64,000 bases of DNA, from assembly GCA_963708135.1 (NCBI GenBank), contig OY970192.1:2592001-2656000 (forward strand). Direction: 5' to 3'. The notes under the pieces are model-generated. The model saw nothing but the letters and a program-made list of their open reading frames with translations. It had not been told where the DNA came from and did no database searches. The translations under genes were made by a program, and so were the position numbers. This stretch comes from an uncultured Gemmatimonadales bacterium (GTDB lineage Bacteria > Gemmatimonadota > Gemmatimonadetes > Longimicrobiales > RSA9). Positions 58,892 to 64,000 of the stretch are shown here, piece after piece. Every line of letters begins with the position of its first letter. Within the stretch, counting starts at the first letter, position 1.

Positions 58892-60811
58892 ATGATGCGC
58901 AAGGTCTGGCTCCTGGCCCTGATCCCCCTGGCGGCCTGCCAGGATGTTCAGTCGCCCACCATGACCGAGGAGATCCAGGCCTCGGTGATCGGCCCGGACG
59001 CGGCTCCGCTGGCGGACGGCGCCGGCGGGGTGATCGTGGTGTTGGGTGCGGGCGCCCGGCCGGAGCAGGTTGCCGCGAGCTACGGTCTGGCGCGGCGCTA
59101 CACCTTCAAGCGGGTGCTGAACGGGTTTGCCACGCAGGCCTCCGCCTCGATAGAGCAACGCCTGCTCCACGATCCCCGGGTGAAGTCGATCCAGCCCGAC
59201 CGGCCGTTCTCGACGGAGGGCGTGGAGCCGGCGCCGAGCTGGGGGCTCGACCGGCTCGATCAGCGGAGCGGGCTGGATGGGAGCTACACGTACACACAGA
59301 CGGGCCGCGGTGTGACCGTATACCTGGTCGACACGGGGATCCGCTATACGCACCACGACTTCGGCGGGCGCGCCGTGTTCGGCTACGACGCGTTCGGCGG
59401 CGACGGCGTGGACTGCCAGGGGCACGGCACGCATGTGGCGGGCACGATCGGCGGGGCGACGTACGGGGTGGCGAAGGACGTGAGCCTCGTCGGGGTGCGC
59501 GTGCTGAACTGCAGCGGCATGGGAACGACGTTAACGGTGCTCGCGGGGCTCGACTGGGTGGCCACGCACGCGAGCGCGCCCGCGGCCGTGAACATGTCGC
59601 TCGGCGGCTCGGGTGATTCGCTGGTGGATCTGGCCGTGCAGCACGTGATCGGCGCGGGGATCACGGTGGTCGTGGCGGCGGGGAACAGCACGGCCAACGC
59701 GTGCGACTATTCGCCGGCCCGTGTACCGAAGGCGTACACGGTCGGCGCGACGGACAGCACGGACGCGCGCGCGAGCTGGTCGAACTGGGGACTCTGTGTC
59801 GATGTGTTCGCTCCTGGCGTGAACATCACCTCCGACGCGTTCACGGGAGACAACGACGCGACGGTGAAGAGCGGGACATCGATGGCCGCGCCGCATGTCA
59901 CGGGCGCGGCTGCGCTCTACCTCGAGGCACACCCGACCGCGACCCCGGCGGAGGTCGCCGCGGGGCTGGCCGGCTCGACGACCAAGGGCGTGGTGAGCGG
60001 CGGCTTCTCCGCCTACAACGACCTCATCTACACGGGGAACGACGGCGCCGACGGGACGGGCGGCGACATTCCGCCCACGGCGAGCTTCACCGCCTCCTGC
60101 GGGGGCGGGAGCTGCACCTTCACCGACGGGAGCAGCGATGCGGACGGGTCCGTGGTCGGCTGGCAGTGGGACTTCGGCGATCATACCGGCGACATCTCGC
60201 CCAGTCCGACGCACACGTACGCGGCGGTGGGCACGTATCACGTGACGCTGATCGTGCGTGACGATGCGGGCGTTTCCTCCACCGCGTCACAGGACGTCAC
60301 CATCGGAACGGCACCGCCGCCCTCGAACGCGCCGCCGACGGCCGCGTTCGATGCGGCCTGCGTCGCGCTGGCCTGCGATTTCCAGGACGGGAGCAGCGAT
60401 CCCGACGGTACGATCACGCAGTGGAGCTGGCAGTTCGGCGATGGCGCCTCCAGCGTGACGAAGACATCGACGGGGATCCAGCACCAGTTCCCGACCAGCG
60501 GGAGGTATACGGTGACGCTGACCGTCACCGACAATGCCGGCGCGAGCACGGCCGCCTCCCACGACGTCACGGTGGGGGTCCTGCTCAGCGCCACCAGCTC
60601 GCGGCAGAAGGGCCGGCAATCGATCAGCCTGAACTGGACGGGCGCCCAGACCACGAAGGTGGACGTCTACCTGGACGGCTCGGTCCTCGCCACGGTCAAG
60701 AACTCGGGCGCGTATACCTTCCAGACCAGTGACCGCGGGAAGACCTCGCACCTGGTGCGCGTCTGCGAGACGGCCGGCATCTGCTCGGCCGACGTGGGCG
60801 TCTCGTTCTAG
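58892..60811 (+). CDS. S8 subtilase (proteinase K/aqualysin-like) lipoprotein with I9 prodomain and two PKD domains
   Basis: Lipobox LAAC, SWGLDRLDQ, catalytic DTG/HGTH/GTSMA, AAGN, and two WDFGD/WQFGD PKD repeats. Confidence 0.94.
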   Translation: MMRKVWLLALIPLAACQDVQSPTMTEEIQASVIGPDAAPLADGAGGVIVVLGAGARPEQVAASYGLARRYTFKRVLNGFATQASASIEQRLLHDPRVKSIQPDRPFSTEGVEPAPSWGLDRLDQRSGLDGSYTYTQTGRGVTVYLVDTGIRYTHHDFGGRAVFGYDAFGGDGVDCQGHGTHVAGTIGGATYGVAKDVSLVGVRVLNCSGMGTTLTVLAGLDWVATHASAPAAVNMSLGGSGDSLVDLAVQHVIGAGITVVVAAGNSTANACDYSPARVPKAYTVGATDSTDARASWSNWGLCVDVFAPGVNITSDAFTGDNDATVKSGTSMAAPHVTGAAALYLEAHPTATPAEVAAGLAGSTTKGVVSGGFSAYNDLIYTGNDGADGTGGDIPPTASFTASCGGGSCTFTDGSSDADGSVVGWQWDFGDHTGDISPSPTHTYAAVGTYHVTLIVRDDAGVSSTASQDVTIGTAPPPSNAPPTAAFDAACVALACDFQDGSSDPDGTITQWSWQFGDGASSVTKTSTGIQHQFPTSGRYTVTLTVTDNAGASTAASHDVTVGVLLSATSSRQKGRQSISLNWTGAQTTKVDVYLDGSVLATVKNSGAYTFQTSDRGKTSHLVRVCETAGICSADVGVSF

Positions 60812-60837
60812 GCGCGCCGACTCGGTACTGAAGGGCA

Positions 60838-60867
60838 GGCCCCCGGACGCGCCGGCGTCCGGGGGCC
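60838..60867. terminator. Perfect 13-bp hairpin between convergent genes
   Basis: GGCCCCCGGACGC-GCCG-GCGTCCGGGGGCC. Confidence 0.6.
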
Positions 60868-60953
60868 GATTCGTGCCCGCCCACGGGGGTCCAACGTCGC
60901 GGCGCGCGGGGGAGCGCGCGATCCGGCCGCAGCGGGGCCGCTACGCACGGAGG

Positions 60954-62057
60954 TCACGGCCCGCGTCGGCGCAGCTCCTCGTGGATCATCCTCGAGAGGA
61001 CATCGAAGGAGACTGCCCCACCCTCGACAGAGATTCCGTCGATGAAGACGGCCGGCGTCCCGTTGACGCCGACACGCAGACCCTCCGTCCGGTCCCGTTC
61101 GACGCGGCCCTTCTGGCGACCGGAGTCGAGGCAGCCCTCGAACGCCGCCGCATCGAGCCCGAGACGGGCGGCCTTCTCCTTCAGCTCGCTCACCGAGAGC
61201 CGGTCCTGCTCGTGGAACATGAGGTCGTGCATCTGCCAGAACTTCCCCTGCTCGTTCGCGCAGAGGGAGGCCTCCGCGGCCTTCTCGGCGTTCGGGTGGA
61301 TGGAGCTCAGCGGGAACTGCAGATAGACGATCCGGACCGTGTCGGCGAACGCCTTCCGGACCTGCTCGAGCGTGCCGAAGAAGCCTCCGCAGAAGGGACA
61401 CTGGAAATCGGAGAACTCAACCAGCGTCACCGGCGCGTCCGCCCTGCCGCGCGCCGGCGCCCCGTCCAGGTCCAGCGGTACCCGGTAGGGCTGGAGCTCG
61501 ATCATGACGCCGGCCTCTCGGAAGAGGCGGTCCTCCAGGGTATGCGAGGCAGCCTCGCGACGCTGGTCGCGCAGAAACGCCGCGATCGCGTTGTGCATCT
61601 GGACGAGCGGGCGCCCCTGGATGCGATCCGGATTCTCCTGGTACCAGGTGGCGATCTCGACCTCGGTGGGGTCGAGCGACCCGCCGGCCTCGGCGAGGAC
61701 GAGCTCGTCCACCGTCCTGCCCCGCTTCGCGGACTCGGCGGAGAAGAGGCTGTCGCGCAGGATCTGGCGCAGGGTCGCCTCGATCAGCTTCTGCCGCTCG
61801 CGCTCGTAGCCGATCCGCAGACGGTCCAGCTCTGCCCCGGAGCGGGCCCGCACGTCCTCCAGCGTGACGGCGCGGCCACCGATCCGCGCGAGGACGGCGG
61901 GCGGGCCTCCCCCTGTTCCGCGCCCGGCCGAGTCCTCGGCGGACTGCGCTCCGGCGTGAACCGGCACGACCGCGAGGAACGCGATCGCCAGTCCCAGCAC
62001 CCAACTCCGGGAGGTGGGGACAGGCAGGCAGACTGGGGTTTGTCCGAGAATGCTCAT
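60954..62057 (-). CDS. DsbA-family thiol-disulfide oxidoreductase with SurA-N-like N-terminal region
   Basis: EFSDFQCPFC, FPL..IH, AAEASLCA.EQGKFW and GVNGTP (cis-Pro) motifs; signal peptide. Confidence 0.9.
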   Translation of the reverse strand: MSILGQTPVCLPVPTSRSWVLGLAIAFLAVVPVHAGAQSAEDSAGRGTGGGPPAVLARIGGRAVTLEDVRARSGAELDRLRIGYERERQKLIEATLRQILRDSLFSAESAKRGRTVDELVLAEAGGSLDPTEVEIATWYQENPDRIQGRPLVQMHNAIAAFLRDQRREAASHTLEDRLFREAGVMIELQPYRVPLDLDGAPARGRADAPVTLVEFSDFQCPFCGGFFGTLEQVRKAFADTVRIVYLQFPLSSIHPNAEKAAEASLCANEQGKFWQMHDLMFHEQDRLSVSELKEKAARLGLDAAAFEGCLDSGRQKGRVERDRTEGLRVGVNGTPAVFIDGISVEGGAVSFDVLSRMIHEELRRRGP

Positions 62058-62140
62058 ATGCTCACCGTCGATTTCGAAAGCCGTCGATTCCCGAGCGGGG
62101 GGCGTCCGCGCTGCGCCGGGCGCCTCTCAAAGATGTGCGA

Positions 62141-62167
62141 AAGGGGCGGTGGAGACCACCGCCCCTT
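62141..62167 (-). terminator. Intrinsic terminator-like hairpin after the large surface protein gene
   Basis: AAGGGGCGGTGG-AGA-CCACCGCCCCTT, a 12-bp perfect stem. Confidence 0.65.
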
Positions 62168-62214
62168 CCGGTTGAGGGTTCAGGCCATGGGCCCGTCGCT
62201 ACGGCAACGGGCGC

Positions 62215-63999
62215 TCAGCTGCCAGTGTTCTCCGTGCAGTGCGGCACCCCGGCCAGGCCCTCGTTGTAGTTACCGAGGATGCCCGCCAGGTCGATCCACT
62301 GCTGCCGCGTGGCGTTGCCGTTCTTCCCCTTCAGCGCACCGATGGTCGTAGGCGTGTTGGCCGGGTTGTTGAAGAGGTTGTAGGCGTCCTGCAGAGCCTG
62401 GGCAACCGCCGCCGGCGGGGTCTGGACGGACACGCCGTTCAGCACCGCGGCCATGTACTGGTCCGCGAGGATGTAGTAGGCGTTGCCCTGCGGGTTCGTC
62501 CAGAACACGTCGAACCAGCTCTGGCCACTGTAGAAGAACGTGGTCCCCGGACCGGTGAGCTGGAGGTCCGGCGTACCGTCGCCATTGAGATCCACGTTCG
62601 CGTACCAGGCCGGGTCCGCCTTCTTGCTGGCGCCGCCCTTGAAGAGCTCGTTGTGCGTCTTCCAGTAGCCCTGGGTGAGCGTGCAACCCTGGACGCACTC
62701 GACCTGGATGTTGACGTACTCGGCATCGAAGTTCGACGTCTGGGTGTCGTTCGTCGTGAACGTCGCCGTGTTGTCGAACCGGTTCGGCCCGCACTGGACC
62801 GGGATGTCGTTCGGGCCGAAGGTGTAGCTGTAGCTGAACGTGTGCGTCGTTCCGCTGCTGGCACACCACGTCCCGAACGTCTTCGAGCCGACCTGGACGC
62901 CCGCGTTCTTGAGGACGTCGTTCACGTCCACGCACTCGTCGATCTCGGAGGTGGGCGTGCTCGAGAAGGTGACGCTGGCCTGCCCCGAGTACTTCGTGGT
63001 GCCACTCGTGCTCGGGGTCAGCTCGGAGGTGTAGGAGTAGTTCTGCTGCGTGGCCGTGGCGGTGTTCGTGCGCGACGTGCCGTCCGGCAGGTCGGCCGCG
63101 TACGTGCAGGTCAGGTCACCGCCGGCGGGCACGGTGAGCGACGGGCAGTTGACCGTCGCGTTGATGACCGGCGTCCCGCTGATCGTGTCGATGACGCCCG
63201 TCAGCGTGGCCGCCTTGGTCGGGTGGTTGTTGTGGATCTTGATGTTGGTCGTGTTGCCGGTCACGTTCCAGGCACTGTCCCTGGACGTACCCGTGAGCAA
63301 GGCCTTGTAGCAGACGTTGAGCGTCTCGCCCTGCTGGATGGTGGCCGTGTGGGTGCTCGAGTCGTACGAGTCGCCACCCGAGGGCAGCGTGAGGAAGCAC
63401 GACTCATCGATCGACTTGTCGATCGTCCAGCTCCACAGCCGCGTGAACGTCGTGGCCGCGTCCTTGGTCACGGCGAGGGTGTAGCAGGTCACGGCGACCG
63501 TCGCCGAGTCCTTGTCCAGCACCGCCGCGTTGTCGCCGTAGAGCGTGGCGATGTTCTTGTGCGAGCCGGCGTCCGTGCCGCAGGTGAACGTCCGCGACGT
63601 CGGATGGAAGGTGCCGGTGTTCGGGTACGTCGTCGTCCCGAGCGTCGACTCGACGCCGCCCTGGTAGCTGTCCTTGGCGGTGACGGTCTCGTTCACCGTC
63701 GTCTGCTGCGCGCCGGCGAAGTTGATCGACGCCGTGCCGCTGAAATTCTTGGACTGCCCCGTGGACGTCGGCTTGGCGGTCGTCCTGCCCGTGTTCGTCC
63801 GCGTGGTGCCGTCCGCCAGCGACTTCGAGTACGTGCAGTCGATCGAGTCGCCTGCCGGCAGGGTGTAGGGCAAGGACCCGGAGATGTCGCCGCCGGCGCT
63901 GTTCAGCTGGCAGGTGGAGATGGTACCGACGATCCCGCCGCTGATCGAATCGCTGATCGACTGGATATAGACGGGCAGCGTGTTCGGGTTCTTGATGTA
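62215..63999 (-). CDS. Large Thr/Cys-rich extracellular repeat protein (5' truncated) ending in a GCTLTQGYWKTH domain
   Basis: Frame open to the window end. Two copies of CTY...L.DGT.RTNT lie 243 aa apart; beta-rich composition. Confidence 0.82.
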   Translation of the reverse strand, partial: YIKNPNTLPVYIQSISDSISGGIVGTISTCQLNSAGGDISGSLPYTLPAGDSIDCTYSKSLADGTTRTNTGRTTAKPTSTGQSKNFSGTASINFAGAQQTTVNETVTAKDSYQGGVESTLGTTTYPNTGTFHPTSRTFTCGTDAGSHKNIATLYGDNAAVLDKDSATVAVTCYTLAVTKDAATTFTRLWSWTIDKSIDESCFLTLPSGGDSYDSSTHTATIQQGETLNVCYKALLTGTSRDSAWNVTGNTTNIKIHNNHPTKAATLTGVIDTISGTPVINATVNCPSLTVPAGGDLTCTYAADLPDGTSRTNTATATQQNYSYTSELTPSTSGTTKYSGQASVTFSSTPTSEIDECVDVNDVLKNAGVQVGSKTFGTWCASSGTTHTFSYSYTFGPNDIPVQCGPNRFDNTATFTTNDTQTSNFDAEYVNIQVECVQGCTLTQGYWKTHNELFKGGASKKADPAWYANVDLNGDGTPDLQLTGPGTTFFYSGQSWFDVFWTNPQGNAYYILADQYMAAVLNGVSVQTPPAAVAQALQDAYNLFNNPANTPTTIGALKGKNGNATRQQWIDLAGILGNYNEGLAGVPHCTENTGS

Positions 64000-64000
64000 G

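Noticed and set aside
62660..62688. TQGYW as a thioester-domain TQxxxW motif
   Set aside because: The spacing is one residue short and no upstream YC motif context was seen.

Overview
This is a very GC-rich bacterial chromosomal segment, mostly core genome. Its gene repertoire suggests Gemmatimonadota (Longimicrobiales-like); this is an inference and no search was run. From left to right it holds: a partial PBP1A; ytxH-otsA-pdp; a DGC-ligA-V4R-ruvX-mltG-thiE operon; an orphan NtrC-type regulator; a 23S-5S rRNA unit with its own promoter and no linked 16S, divergent from an RlmI-type methyltransferase; a complete F-type atp operon with a Rex-like operator, a truncated epsilon and a C-terminally extended alpha; a MoxR-CNNM/CBS-dehydratase-gammaCA-thiO-Zn-finger operon; pilD/trmH, an M48 protease and thiD; a rhomboid-nupC-PNP-SBP-xapX nucleoside cluster; dnaK, degP and tRNA-Leu-tig-clpPX-engB; and hslVU-argF-gcvT-mog-bEBP. 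An accessory-looking right end (55.3-64 kb) carries a membrane-spanning SARP/BTAD-TPR regulator, a lipoprotein subtilase with PKD domains, a DsbA-like protein and a large Cys-rich repeat surface protein. Five sigma-54 (-24/-12) motifs are visible. Three genes carry single-base frameshifts (CNNM/CBS, Zn-finger, PNP); these may be assembly errors. No CRISPR, IS, integrase or prophage was seen. The best candidates for an undescribed system are the right-end regulator/secreted-protein module and the unusual ATP synthase regulatory architecture. All functional calls come from motif recognition by eye.
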